Under the pieces are notes generated by a model that saw nothing but the letters and a program-made list of their open reading frames with translations, ran no database searches and was not told where the DNA came from. The translations under genes and the position numbers were made by a program. From assembly GCF_004010195.1 (NCBI RefSeq), contig NC_057718.1, positions 59,948,137 through 60,012,136 on the forward strand: a stretch of 64,000 nt of DNA, written 5' to 3'. Below are positions 12,868 to 26,231 of this stretch, in pieces (the first letter of the stretch is position 1; the number at the start of each line of letters is the position of its first letter). The DNA comes from Chiloscyllium plagiosum. Its lineage: Eukaryota.

Positions 12868-13271
12868 ATCAGAGGGTTGGAATATAAAAGCACTGATGTG
12901 CGACTGAGACTTTATTAAGCTCTGGTTAGGCCCCAGTTGGAGTACTGCGTTAGGCGAGGAGACTAGGACCCGTGGACACAGCCTTAGAATTAGAGGGGGT
13001 AAATTCAGAACAGAAATGCGGAGACATTTCTTCAGCCAGAGAGTGGTGGGCCTGTGGAATTCATCGCCACAGAGTGCAGTGGAGGCTGGGACGCTAAATA
13101 TCTTCAAGGCAGAAATTGATAAATTCTTGATGTCACAAGGAATTAAGGGCTACGGGGAGAATGTGGGTAAGTGGAGTTGAAATGCCCATCAGCCATGATT
13201 GAATGGGGGAGTGGACTCGATGGGCCGAATGGCCTTACTTCCGCTCCTATGTCTTATAGTCTTATGGTCTA
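12868..13271 (+). mobile_element. Young CR1 3' fragment with internal deletion
   Basis: LVRPQLEYC is joined directly at ~12950 to the GETRTRGHSL region, skipping the RLGLFSLE segment; CpGs retained; tail gggccgaatggcc...(tcttat)n. Confidence 0.85.
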
Positions 13272-14719
13272 AGCAAGGCACCCCATGAACATACGTTAAA
13301 ATTAAGAATGAGTCTAAAAATATTGAAGTCAAAATAAAATTACAGATCAGTTTCTGAATTGTTTATGAAGAGTGAAGAGAAGCTGTTGTAGAGGATGTTA
13401 CTTGTAGTATTGACTTTGGAAAGATTTTTCACGGTGCAAGTTGGTTCCAATTCACTTGTTTTGACACCTTTCAGTTGTGACTGAATTCCAGCATTCAAGA
13501 TGCAGGGGGATCCTGATGTTGCTTACTGTCTTTTATCTCACTTGCTCGCTAGCTTGCCTCTAGTATTCAGAGTGAGGAACAAATCAACTTGCAACACAAG
13601 TGTGACTAAGAGATAATTCTTTGACTGTAATTTTCAAAGCATAGTCATGCCTGAACACATAATGTCACTCACAGTGGTGTTCAGTCCCATTAGTACATTT
13701 CTATGGAGTTGCAACTGGTCTTTTAACATCTGTTCCTTTTGTTTTCATCAAAGGGAAAACACAAAATCTGTCTGAAGTTTGAAACATTTTCTGAAGGGCG
13801 TGGCTTGCTGTTGAGCAGGGTGGCGTCAACTTATCGTTAACTTTGCAGTCAGAAGAGATTACAGTCCAGTCTATTTTGACTTGTTACTTACATCCTTGAA
13901 GGATTGCTGTTTGAAATATCCTTTGCATCTTTAGGTGTGACATTCCATGATTCTCTCCTCTCTCTCTCTCTCCAGCTCGCTATTTAATTTACATCTGCAA
14001 CCATTCTTTGTTGTATCAGCCCTCTTTTAAAAAACATGTTTTAGAATTACAAGTTAAAATGCCCACAGTACTTCAAGGTTGCTGAAGATGTAAATATGTG
14101 TATTCTTTTCAAACTCTCCAAGAGGGATTGTGTTAACAACAGGTGCAAAAAGGTCTGATTCCAAAGTGTTAAAGCACTTTATTCCACAGTAAGGTAAATG
14201 TGCAAATGAGCACTTCTTTCTGATTAGTCCACCCAGTTATAACTGATGTCTTACAGTCCAGCGCAGAAATGTTAATTCCCACAGTCTCCACTTCTTTTAA
14301 ATATTTGCAGCTCTGACTTCTCCTGATTTCATAGCTCTCTTTCTTTAAAAAATGTTGCAGCTTCAACATAAAAATGTATCTGTCTGACTAATGGCCCCTT
14401 CAGATTCAAGATCATTGCTGTATCAATGACTGGGAATGGATGTTGGGATATTAAATTACTTTTTATTGTCTCTAATTCAGCAACCCTGTCTGAAACCTCC
14501 CATTTACCAGCTCTGTTGTTATGTACATGTTTTGGAGTTAATTTTACCTTCAATAAGTTTGAAGTAACTGAATATATAATGGTCAGAGGTGACGTGAAGA
14601 AGAAATTTTGAGAGTCAGAGAGAACATGAGAAAAGATGGGCAGCTAACAAGAAAAGAAATCCAAAATTTCATGTAGGTAACAAATAATAAAAGAAAATCA
14701 AGAGGTGAGGTATCACCAG

Positions 14720-15041
14720 ACAGTGAGACCCCCCATCCAGAGCACATTCTGCTCCCTTGACACCCATCAGTGTTTCCTCCAAGTGGTGTTCAACATGGAG
14801 GAGTGCTGGTTCATCAGCCAAGAGTGGGTGATATGCGGTATTCAGTGGGACTTTTCTTTTTTCATGTTTGACCCAATGTCATGAGACTTCATGGGGTGTG
14901 GTGTGAATGCTGAAAACCAACAGTACAATTCTTTCCTGTATGTATACTATTTTGCCACCATCTATGCTGGACATACCCAGCAATGGTAATGATGGTATCT
15001 TGGATATTGATGATAAGGCAACATAATGTGAGTATGACTAA
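14720..15041 (-). mobile_element. LINE family B (CR1/L2 group) endonuclease fragment, inverted relative to adjacent RT
   Basis: Minus reading VILT...IAGYV...PHEVS...LLHVEHHLEE...QNVLWMG resembles an APE domain. Confidence 0.65.
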
Positions 15042-15761
15042 TAGTATCCTAGACCCAACCATTTCTAGCTGCTTCATTTATGAGGTCAGAGTGAGGATGT
15101 TCACTAATAATTGCACAGTTTTCAGCACCATTCACCTCAGATACTACGGATATATTCAGTGAGACCTGGACAACATCCGGGTTTGGGATGACAATTGTCA
15201 AGCAACATTCATGCCACACAAGTGTAAAAGAAATGAGCATCTCTAAGAAGAAACAATCTAACCATTGCCCACTAACAATTAATGACATTACCATCACCAA
15301 ATTCCCCATTATGTACATCATAGGATTAGCATTGTTTGGAAACTGAACTGGACTAGGTAAATAGATTCTGGCTAAAAGTTGGTTAGAGGCTGGGAATTCT
15401 ATGGTGCTCAATGTACCTCTTTACTCATGGTTTGTGAGAAGACTTGTAGCTCGGGTGCTCGTTGCTGTGGTTCTGTTCGCCGAGCTGGAAGTTTGGCTGT
15501 TCTTTGTTTGGCTTGCCCTATAATGGTAGTGTTGTCCCAGTCGAATTCATGTTGCTTGTCGTCTGCGTGTGTGGCTACTAGGGATAGCTGGTCATGTCGT
15601 TTCGTGGCTAGTCGATGACCAGCTTGGTGTTCTATACACCAAGAGTAGCCACAGTTTAAGAAGGCAGCTCACCATTACCTTCTTTAGTGCAATTACCAAT
15701 GGACAATAAACATTAGGTTAGTCAGTGACACCAATATTGTATGAACAGATGAAAAAAAAAG
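15042..15761 (+). mobile_element. LINE family B RT and 3' tail, interrupted by a PLE fragment
   Basis: gtatcctagacccaaccatttctagctgcttcatt (VLGPTIFSCFI-like); gatgttcactaataattgc (MFADDC-like); tail aagaaggcagctcacca...ggacaataaa...A-run. Confidence 0.7.
15431..15617 (-). mobile_element. Penelope-like fragment (family D), internally deleted
   Basis: Minus translation HRLATKRHDQLSLVATHADDKQHEFDWDNTTIIG is typical of the PLE GIY-YIG C-terminal half; CpG-rich, so probably young. Confidence 0.75.
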
Positions 15762-17444
15762 AATCGTCAGATCTTCTGAAATTTTTGTTTTAATGGTCTT
15801 TAGTGCAAAACGCTCACAAATCTTTCTTTAAGGTCCTGGGGCATCATGCTACAGGCTTTTTGGTGTAGTCGGGAAATAATAAAAACACAATTAACCAAGC
15901 CGTGGCTTCACTTTTGAATCTATGGTATATTGTTTATTATTGTGAAGGTAATTGAACAGCTGATTCTTGTTCTCTGCTGGCGAGGAAAGACATTCAGATT
16001 TCTTAAGTCCTCCTGCATCACCATGGTCATTTTCTAATATTAGCATCCAGAAATTTTTCAAAATCAAGTGACTTCTTGTTAATAACACATAGCACCTCAA
16101 AGGTTTCCTTTCTTGTTCTTTCTGAATATATTTGGACAATTATATACCATCATTATGAACAATGTGTTTTGAAACCTTTGATCTTCCCACCTGACTTATG
16201 TTATGCTTTTATACATAAGTGTACCAATCACACACAAGGATTAATGAAACTCTTTTTTCAAAGATAATATTTTAAGGTAATGCTCACAAGAAGCTAAGTA
16301 TGTTATATCTGACTTCTTTCACTGTTGCTTCAGATTCACTCAAAAATCACAGGCTTAGTGTATCATATCCTGTTGAGGTGGGTGACGATTGACAGTAGTC
16401 TAACATACACTCCTTTTAATTTGTATGTACATAATATCTCAATATCCATCTTTATTTTAAACAAGAGGTTTACTTTCAAACAATCAAACTACTTACATGA
16501 GAACAAAAAATGTTGTGTCTGTAAATATTTTAATGCAGAGAAATACAATTACAGTCTCTGAAACACATCAGCGTTTGCTTATGTATCCCAGCTTTCATTA
16601 TGGTGATCTGTGCAGGAGGCTGCTATATGTAGAATTCTGGTTAGGCTTGTTTTACTTAGTTGCATCTTATACCATGTTCTGATTGCAAAAGGATTATTCA
16701 ATATTTCTGGTTGTCATATTTTTCTGATTTGGCATCTCTTTTGTCATATTGTTGTGGGTCATATTGTGTTCATTCTTGGTCATCGTATTTGAATATGATG
16801 TTTGTTCTGGGCATGTGCCAGCAATTTCTGCTGGATTCTAGATGTCATCAATTCACTATTGCACTCAAACTTTCTTCTGATGTTCAAGTTCATCATTTGC
16901 TGTCTGCAAACCAGCCATGGATGTCTACCATTTTCTCCTGTCTTCTGAATAATGCATCACATATTCTTGGGAGTATCGATGAATGATGATTGGGGAGGTT
17001 TGTTTGTATTTATCTGATCAATAACAACTGCACATGAAAGGAAACAGTCCTTGAGAGCTGTGTTGTTCTGAGAAGCAACACAGCCACATGGCCCTGAGTA
17101 TCTCCTCTCCCTGTTCCAGACTCAGCAACCTCATTCCCCCACTCTGGACCCACTCACTCCCTCTCTCTGGTCCAGAACTGGCAACCCCTCCCTCAACTCC
17201 AATCACTCCACAACTATGCCTTCAATTGGAACAGACCTGTGTCTGCATCCCCTTTTGGCTTTCAACCCAACTAACCATACACCAATGGACCTAATATCAA
17301 CCAAATACCCTGACATGCCATAAACACAGCATCTGGTCTCCTTGCCATCCTGTATCCTAATCCCAGCACTTTGTCCACTCGTATTCAACCCACTTGATAC
17401 TCTACTTGGCATCCTACCCCTCCTAACATGTCCTCCTACACTTT

Positions 17445-17635
17445 TCTCAGTTGTTGGATACCTGGTTTATAATACTAAGTGACACTAGCAGTGTGGGTTC
17501 AATTTCTTTATTGGCTGAGATTGCCGTAAAGACCCCACTTTTTCAAACCCTCTCCTCACCTGAGGCATGCTAGCTCTCAGGTTAAACTTAGCACCAGTGA
17601 GAGAACAGCCAGATGGTCTCTGGGACTATGGTGAA
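17445..17635 (+). mobile_element. tRNA-derived SINE family 3 (degenerate)
   Basis: ctcagttg...gtgggttcaatt (B box)...cctcacctgagg...ctcaggttaaac...gggactatgg; homologous to the split minus copy at 28540-29415. Confidence 0.65.
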
Positions 17636-18627
17636 AAAACATAGACTCAGTTGTATTGTTATTATGGGCCGTGCTTGTAAATATTTGATTGACTACATGG
17701 GTTATTGGTAATAGTTAAAAAAAATGAAGAAATATCACAGTAATTTTGGTGGTGGGAAAGTCGCTCAGTTGCGTGTAATGGCAGCACTTCTGAGTTTAGG
17801 AAAGACAAAGCTGACTTGTATAATATGCAAAAAAATAACAGACTCCGTCTCCCTTCAACTCCATTTTGGTTTCCCATTCCCTCTTCACCTTTTGATGATT
17901 AGCCACTCAGGTGATTTACTGGTAATGGTTAATAGCTAAAAACAAAAATAACTGTCACAGTGACTTGTTGGTGGAGGAATGGTTCTGTTGTTTGCAATAA
18001 CACTTACAGGTACAAAAAAAATCAGAACTAAGGATGGGTCCACAGAATTCTATGTCCTGGACTGGGACTAGCCTATGTATGACAAGAGTAGTGACTCTAT
18101 TTTGGTGTTTAACATTAAAAAAAGTCGGCTTTCCTGAGAAATAATCAAGTCATTATTTCTTGATCAGCATTCCAAACACATAAGTTCAGTTCAACTGTAC
18201 ATATTCAACTCTTTAGTTCAAGTTTTTCCATTCTAAATTATATTATCCAAACTTACAACTGAAACTGTGAATGTAAATATGTAATGGTGTAATTTCACTT
18301 TCCTTTGAGTGACAATACTGCTGTGCTTAATATTTGGATTGCTAAGCTTCTTAAATTACACTTTAGTGAATTTTCTGTGGTTCAGCCAACTCAATTTCAG
18401 TTTCCCAAATTGCTATCAATATTGTTATTGAACTGTTGATTTTGATATTATTATGTAAAACAGGGACAGAACGTATGACTTGAAAATGAGCACTGAATTA
18501 TGTTCAACATGAAGAGGCAAAACAAAACGTCCTCTTGGCAAATAAGTGACTGAGGTGTTATTGGGGGAGCACTTTGACCAATGACCCATAATTCTATTAG
18601 TTTTAAAGTAGTTATGGTACATTTTAG

Positions 18628-18791
18628 TTGAGAGTCTCTCCACCCCCGAGGCTCCCAGCCTTATTCCTGATGAAGGGTTCCAGCCTGAAACGTCAATTTT
18701 CCTGCTCCTCAGATGCGGCCTGACCTGCTGTACTTTTCCAGCAACACACTCTCAACTCTGATCTCCAGCATCTGCAGACCTCACTGTCTCC
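18628..18791 (+). mobile_element. PLE family B pLTR mini-insertion with hammerhead
   Basis: CUGAUGA 18667-18673 and GAAACGUC 18687-18694; direct repeats tatggtacattttag (18613-18627) / tatagtacatcttag (18792-18806). Confidence 0.85.
18663..18698 (+). ncRNA. Minimal hammerhead ribozyme, catalytic core intact
   Basis: CUGAUGA-a-GGGU-ucca-GCCU-GAAAC-GUC; stem II pairs with two G-U wobbles. Confidence 0.75.
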
Positions 18792-18809
18792 TATAGTACA
18801 TCTTAGGCC

Positions 18810-20879
18810 TGGTCCACAAGTTAAAGTTTGAAATTAGCGCAAAGCCAATTTTGATGGTATTGGACAGGAACTTTCAAAGTTACTTGAGGGAGGCTGTTTG
18901 CAGGTGGGAGGCTTTCAAAAGAACGATAACGAGAGTTCAGAAGTAGCATGTTCCTGTTAGAGTGAAGGGTAACACTGACAGGGATAGGGAACACTGGATG
19001 ACTGGAGATACTGAGGTTCTCTTCAAGAAAAAGAAGGAGGCATATGTCAGGTATAGACAGCTGGATCAAGTGAATTCCTTGAGGTGTACTGGGGTATAGG
19101 AGTATCCGTAAGAGGCTAATCAGGAGACCAAAAAGGAGACATGAGATGGCTTTGGCAGATAAGGTTAAGGAGAATACAAAGAGATAAAGATATACTAATA
19201 TATTAAGGGCAAAAGAGTAACAATATGGAGAATAGGGTCCCTGAGAGATTAAGGAGATATCTGTGTGGAACCGCAGGAAATGGGTGAGATCCTAAATGAA
19301 TATTTTATGTCAATATTTACTCTGGAGAAAGACATGCAACCTAGGAAAATTGTGGAAATGAAGAGTGATATCTTGAAAAGAGTTCACATTACAGAGGGGG
19401 TGTGCTGGGTGTTTAAAATGAATAAAGGTAGAAAAATCTCTGGGACCTGATCAGGTGTATCCCAGAATATTGTAGGAAACTAGGGAAGAGATTGCAGGGC
19501 CTCTAATAGAGTTATTTGTACCTTCAACAGCCACGAGTGAGGTGCCAGAAGACTAGAGGGTGACTAATGTTGAGCCATTATTTAAGAAAGGCTGAAAGGA
19601 AAAGCCAGGAAACGATGTACCGGTAAGCATGATGTCAACTGTGGGTAAGTTGTTGGAGGGGATTCTGAGAGATAGGGTGTACATGCATTTGGAAAGGCAA
19701 GGACTGAATAGGGATTGTCAACATAGTTTTGTGTGTGGGAAACCATGGCTCACAAACTTGATTAAGGTTTTTGAAGAGGTGACCAACAAGATAGATGAAG
19801 GCACAGCTGTAAACATTGACTATGTGGATGTTATCAAGGACTCTGATAAGGTTCTGCATGGTAGACTGATTAGTAAGGTTAGATCACATGGAATCCAGGA
19901 AGAGCTAACCAACTGGATACAAAATTGGCTTGACAGTAGGAGACAGAGGGTGATGGTAGATTAGTGTTTTCAGATTGGAGGCTGGTGACCAGCTGTGTGC
20001 TGCAAAGATTGATGCTGGATCCATTGTTGTTCTTCATTTATTTGAACAATTTAGAGGAAAATATATGAGGCATGGTTAGCAAGTTTGTGGATGTCACTAA
20101 AACTGGACAGTGAAGAAGGTTATCTATGAGTACAGTGATAAGACAAACCAGGGAAGGACATACACAGTTAATGGTAGGGTGTGGGGAGTATTGTTGAGCA
20201 GAGAGACCTGAGAGTACAGGTACACGGTCCCTTGAAAAGCAGGGTGTTGAAGAAGACATTTGGCATGCTTGCCATCATTGACCTGAGCATTGAATACAAG
20301 AGTTTGGATATCATGTTACAGCTGTACAAGACATTGATGAGGGCCACATTTTGAGTACTGCATACAATTCTGATCGTCCTGCTATAGGAAGGATGTTATT
20401 AAACTGGAAAGGGTGTAACAAGATTTACAAGGATGTTACCAAGACTGGAGGGTTTGAGTTATAAGTAGACACTGGATAGGCTAGGGTTTTTTCCCCTGGA
20501 GCTTCGGAGGATAAGGGGTGACTTTATAGAGGTTTATAAAATCATGAGGGGCATGGAGAGTGTAAATAGCCAAGGTTGTTTCCTCAGGGTAGGGGAGGTT
20601 CAAAACTAGAAGGCATAGATTTAAGGTGAGAAGAGAAAGATTTAAAAGGGACCTGAGGGGCAACATTCTCGCAGAAAGGATGGTACGTAGGTGGAATGAG
20701 CTGTCAGAGGAAGTGGTGCAGATGAGTGCAATTACAACATTTAAAAGACATTTGGACAGATGCATGCCTAAGAAATGTTTGTAGGGATATGGGCCAAATA
20801 CAGGCAAATGGGACTAGTTCAAGTTAGGAAACCTGGTTGGCATGGGCTGAAGGGTCTATTCCTATGCTGTATGACTCTA
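18810..20879 (+). mobile_element. CR1 (HER1-like) LINE, ~2 kb decayed ORF2 + 3' end
   Basis: EMGEILNEYF; STVGKLLEGILRD...LTNLIKVFEEVT...DKVLHGRLISK; ctatgctgtatgactcta tail. Confidence 0.93.
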
Positions 20880-23619
20880 CGACTTGATGTGGCATTTGAC
20901 AAAATAATACAGAAAGCAACATAACTTCTGGATCCAAAATTCAAGATTCTAGGATTGCCCATTGAATCCTCAAAGTATGTGAAGACTCCAAAACTTCTGT
21001 TGTGTTGAACTAAAGATAGATGGTACCTCAGAATGAATTCTAGGATAAATGACATTGCTTTATGAATCAGTGATTCATCAGTGTTAACATTTTCAGCCAT
21101 TTTATTTGATTGTGATAAAGTTCCCAGTAAACAGCCTTTTTGAGAAGAATCATTTGACAGCTATAAGAAACACATCATGAGACATAAGGAAGACTGCTGC
21201 ACTGGACTGGGCCACTATAAGTCACAATTTGTAGCTGCTATAAAAGTGAACCAAAGGGATCTTCACACACTCACAGGACTTATTCTGCACAGTTCCCCAG
21301 TAGAAGTGACCTCCAAATATTTGATTGCAGAAACCATCACAACCATTGAGTTTGACACTGAGTTTTCAACACCTTCGCTTTCAAAATAGAATTATCAAGC
21401 AAGCCATGGCTGCAATGTTGTTAGAGACTGATCTCATTCTGATTTTCATGTATAACTTGTGTCGTTTCATACTTTAAAGCTTGTATCCGTCTTTTTAGCT
21501 AATAACTTTATCACTGTTTACTTAAACAACGTTCAATGATACTTGTAATAAACTAAACTTTATATCTTGTTTAAAGCATGAAGCTGTGTTGCTGGTTATT
21601 TTTAAATTGAAACACAAAATGAAAAAGGGATTAGATATGAGATTATACAAATTCCTATTTCATAGACTACTCTGAGAAGATGCCTGGTTGTGGCAGAAAA
21701 AGCATTATCCAGTAAAGTGCAATTTTTCTGTCTGGCTGTAATTGGACACTACAACTACTGGCACTCTCAATCCATGGCCGATTGTTCTTTAAAACTTACT
21801 ATTTCTGACATGCTTTTAAAAAAAGAAAATTATAATACACTTTTAACAAGGAAATTTAATTGTGAAAGGCATTAAAATCAATCTTTACTTTAAAAAGCCC
21901 TAGGAGGTCAATTATTAGGGGGATGCTCAAACATTTTAGAATTTAATTAAATGTCACATTCTATAGATTAACATAATACATGTCTCTGCTTTGTCATTAT
22001 TTTAATTTTTTGAGATATTAATTTTAGGGCAGCACCAGTATGCCATCTCTTCTTCTTGTGGTTGCGACAAATTTGCATGACCATAATTCTATTAATTGTA
22101 GCATGTTGTTTGTGGTTGCTGATATTGTAATATATTTTACCAGCATGTAACTTTCACATTCTCTGAAGATAACTATATAACTTCGTGAAGAAATATATCT
22201 TTAAGATGCATGTGTAACTGTGGATTAAAAATACGGCAGTTCTGTCAATACACTACCACTCTGTAAGATCATTTTTATTTTGTTAACTTATAGGATGTGA
22301 GCATTTATTGACCATCTCTAATTGGCTTTGAGAAGATGATGTTCTTTCTTGTGTCACTGGACCTTAGTTAGAAATAAAATTCAGGATTTGGCACGACAAA
22401 GGAAAGGAACGGTGACGTAGTTCAAAGGTTTCCTCTCCTTGCGTGTGCATTAGTCAACAGTGAGACAGTTGGGAAGATAGAGTAAGGATGAAAAAAAATT
22501 AGAACCTCGATGTCAAGAAAATGCTTTCTAATTTTCCTTTTCAGCTTTGAATGTTAACTTTATAAACTTGTAATTGAGTCATGCCCACCTTACTTCCATG
22601 CAATAGGTTTTCATTATTAGCCCAACCTATCTTATTTCTGCAATGCTTCCAATTTTCCTATCCTTACCCAGCATTGTTGGATGATCATTGTGGTTATTTG
22701 AAACTTTGATTTCTTGTATTTGCATATTGATGACTGCAAACTTAAAAGCTATGACAACATGTCTCTCTTTTCAGCAGCTTCAAGGTAGACACATCCATAT
22801 CCAATATCAAAAAACACAATCTTCTTCTGTGATTAAAAACCTGTCATGATAAATGAACTAACAGCTCTCTTGTCAGCTGTGTCAACAACACCTTCTGGAC
22901 TCATTCCAACACTGGGGTTTGGAGCTCGGCCAAGCTTTAGTTATAGGATTCAATTGCACAGATGTATAAACAAAGCCTCCAGAGCTGAGTACATTAAGAC
23001 CTTTTAAGTCATTGAATAACCATAACCATCTGTTCAAGAAGCAATTCAGGGTATTAGATATTTAAGCTGTCAATCAATTAAAAGATTAAATCACAGGGGA
23101 CACAGCCAATTCTAGGTAGCAATACTTTTCAATGCATAAGAGTACTTTATCAATTGGATAATGTATTCTAATACAACTGAATAGTTGCCCATGTTTCATA
23201 ATGCTGATCATTTACTTTTTAAAAACAATGTACTGTCATTAATCACTACTAAAAACACAACTTACCATAAAGCACTAAATTATGATGTGAAATTGACAAC
23301 ATCTTTGAGCGCACTTCTTAAAAAGGTTCATGACCAGGGCTCCCCTATATTTCATGAAGCTTCTGAGCTATTATGATAAACACTGCCTTCAGAAATCAAC
23401 CCTACTCCATGAAAATAGGGCAGATCTATAATGTTTACCCTGAAATGGAGCCGGGATAGTGGGACAGCTATGTGTAGGCAGAAAGGAATGGGAGATTAGC
23501 AAATTGGAATCTCTTGTCTTCATTTCAATTATCCTAATGCAATTTTTGACTCATGTCTGGATGGGTAAAAACAGCCCCTCTTTGTCTTTTGATCATGCTA
23601 CGAAGGGATAATTTATGAA

Positions 23620-24060
23620 TGAGGTGAAGGAGGTAGCTGGGAACCTTAGAGGACACCAAAGTAAAACAGGAATCTGGAGATGGTCTAGTTGCAATTAGAT
23701 TGAGTGAGAGATAAGGATTTGAGAGGTGAAATAAGGTTCAAAGGTGTTAAGAGAAACGACCATTTCAAAGTTGTTAGGATCTAGGGTTAAATATTGGACT
23801 TTTTTTATTGAAAATGAGTTACAACAGTTTGGAAGGAAGGTGGACATGACATGTGGAAAGGGATGTACAATGAGTGGGAGAAAGTAAGAAGCTGTGTTAA
23901 TCAGTAATTTGGGAAAAGAAAATGAGAGGGGACAGCAAGTAGGTTTCCTGGGTAGAGTAAGTTAGGAAAACATGTGAGTAGAAATAGGAATGATACTAGA
24001 GAAAGGTATGGGTTCAAAAGTAGGGAAGGAATATTTTGTCGGAATTTAAGTTTGGTAGGT
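23620..24060 (-). mobile_element. Possible ancient L2-like LINE remnant
   Basis: Purine-rich plus strand; minus aactagaccatctccagattcctgtttt resembles the NYRPIS.LPFL RT motif; highly decayed. Confidence 0.3.
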
Positions 24061-24362
24061 AAAAGCATATCGAGCAATAATAACATGCATGTTCAAACTT
24101 AATCTGATTTCAACTGCTGTGTTCTGACAGTGCCACGACTTTACTTCCCTGTATGTTGTCAGATTCATTTGCTGTTGTCAAGTTAAACTGAAAAATGCCT
24201 CTAGTAGTTTCCCTAGCATACTGGATTAAAATGTAATTATGTTTTACAGTCCCTAGCCTAGAGACAGACCAGTGTGGAATTCTCAGTTTATGTAGCTGAT
24301 TGAATATGTTATGATGGTTCCTTTCCTCTTCTTATATGGTATCCTTGCCTCTTCTTAAATGC

Positions 24363-25062
24363 TGTCCACACCTCCCCCCTCACCTCCATCCAAGGCCCCA
24401 AAGGATCATTCCACATCCGACAGAGGTTTTCCTGCACATCCAAACACCTCATCTATTTTGTCCATTGCTCTTGATGTGGTCTCCTCTACTTTAGGAGATA
24501 GGACTCTAACTCATGGAACATTTCAGAAAATATCCCTAGGTCACACTCAACAAATAACCCTAGCACTCTGCAGCTGACCACTTCAACTCCTCTGCCCAAT
24601 CCCACTCTGCCAAGGACATGCACATCCTGGGCCTCCATAACCGCCAAATCCTAGCCACTCAATGCTTGAAAGAAGAACACCTTATCTTCTACTTAGGACC
24701 CTCCAACCATATGGCATCAACTTTAATTTCACCAGTTTCCTCATCTCCCCTCCCCACCACCTCATCCCAGATCCAACACTCCAACTTGGTACCACCCTCT
24801 TGGACTGTCCCACCTGTCCATCTTCCTTCCCATCTATCTGCTCCGCCCTCTGCTCCAACCTATCACCATCACCCATTACCTACATCTACATATTGCCTTC
24901 CCAGCTACTTTTCCCCCGGCCCCATCCCCACCTCCTATCTATCTCTCAGCCCCACCCCCCCGACATTCCTGATGAAGGGCTTATGTCTGAAACATTTATT
25001 CTCCTGCTCCTCGGATGCTGCCTGACCTGCTGTGTTTTTCCAGTGCCACGCTTTCTGACTAT
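24363..25062 (+). mobile_element. Penelope-like element (family B): GIY-YIG + pLTR
   Basis: ccaaggccccaaaggatcattccacatc...; MHILGLH...LKEEHLIFYL; TLQPYGINFNFTSF; hammerhead-like CUGAUGA at 24969-24975. Confidence 0.88.
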
Positions 25063-25149
25063 TTTTAAATGAGACTCCACTTTCTTCTGACAGAACAGTC
25101 TGCAGTAAACCTTAATGTTAGTTTCTCTCACTATCAATTTGGATATATG

Positions 25150-25800
25150 AATCAAGAGCAGGAGAAAGCTATAATACTGCTTGAGTCTGCTTCACCATTC
25201 AATGGATTGAAGTTATCAGATTATAAACTCAAATCCATATTTCCACCTGCATCAATAACCTTTCAACTCCTTGCTTAACAAGAATTTGGTTACCTCTGCC
25301 TTAAAAAATATTCAAGGACTCTTTCCACTATCTTTTCAGGAAAGGTTCCAATGACTCAAAACCCTCAAGAGGAAAAATAAACTTCTGTGATCCCTGTTTA
25401 AAATGGGTGACCTGATTTTCCAACAGTGACTTCTAGTTCTAGATACTCCTATAAAAGGAAATCTCTCCACATCTACCTTGTCAAGACAGTTCAGGATTTT
25501 ATGGGTACCAAGCAAGCCACCTCTTATTCTTCCAAACTCTAATGGATACAAGCCCAACCTGTCTAACCTTTCCATGCAAGACAATTTTTTTATTCCAGGT
25601 ATTAGTCTATGAATCCTACTCTGAATTGTCTCCAATGTATTTATCTCCTTCCTTAATAAGGTGATCAATATTGTACCTGGTGCTCCAGATACCTTGTATA
25701 ACCGAAGAACAACCTTCCACTTTTTGTATTCAATTCCACTCTTGATAAAATTATGTTAGTTTTCTTAATTACTTGCTGTACCCAGATACCAATTTTTTGC
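25150..25800 (-). mobile_element. CR1 3' fragment
   Basis: Minus ORF LETIQSRIHRLIPGIKKLSCMERLDRLGLYPLEFGRIRGGL. Confidence 0.85.
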
Positions 25801-25884
25801 TAAGAAATTCACAACCAAAGTTGTTTGATGGGTAATTATCACATAGACAAGATATAATTCCTTGATATTCTAGATGTTTCTTCT

Positions 25885-26231
25885 TTATTATTCATTTGTA
25901 GGTTGAGGACATCACCGACTAGGGCAGCATTTTTGCCCATCCCTAATTGCCCAGAGTTAAGAGTCAACCACATTGCTGTGGGTCTGGAGTCACATGTCGG
26001 CCAGACCAGGTACGGATGGCAGTTTCCTTCCCTAAAGGACAATAGTGAGCCAGATGGGTTTTTCCTGACTATCAACAATGGGTTTATGCTCATCATTAAA
26101 TTCAATTGTAGATTTTTATTGAATTCAAATTCCACCAGCTGCTACAGTGGGATTCGAAACTGGGTAGCCAGAATTGCCTGAGTCTTTGAATAAATAGTGC
26201 AATGATAGCATCACTAAGCCATCACCTCCCC
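25885..26231 (-). mobile_element. tRNA-derived SINE family 2, full length
   Basis: Minus: ggggaggtgatggcttagtga (A box)...gtttcgaatccc (B box)...tail gggcaattagggatgggcaaaaatgctg. Confidence 0.85.

Noticed and set aside
17057..17085. Short hairpin gctgtgttgttc-tga-gaagcaacacagc
   Set aside because: Too short for a pre-miRNA, single occurrence, no other support
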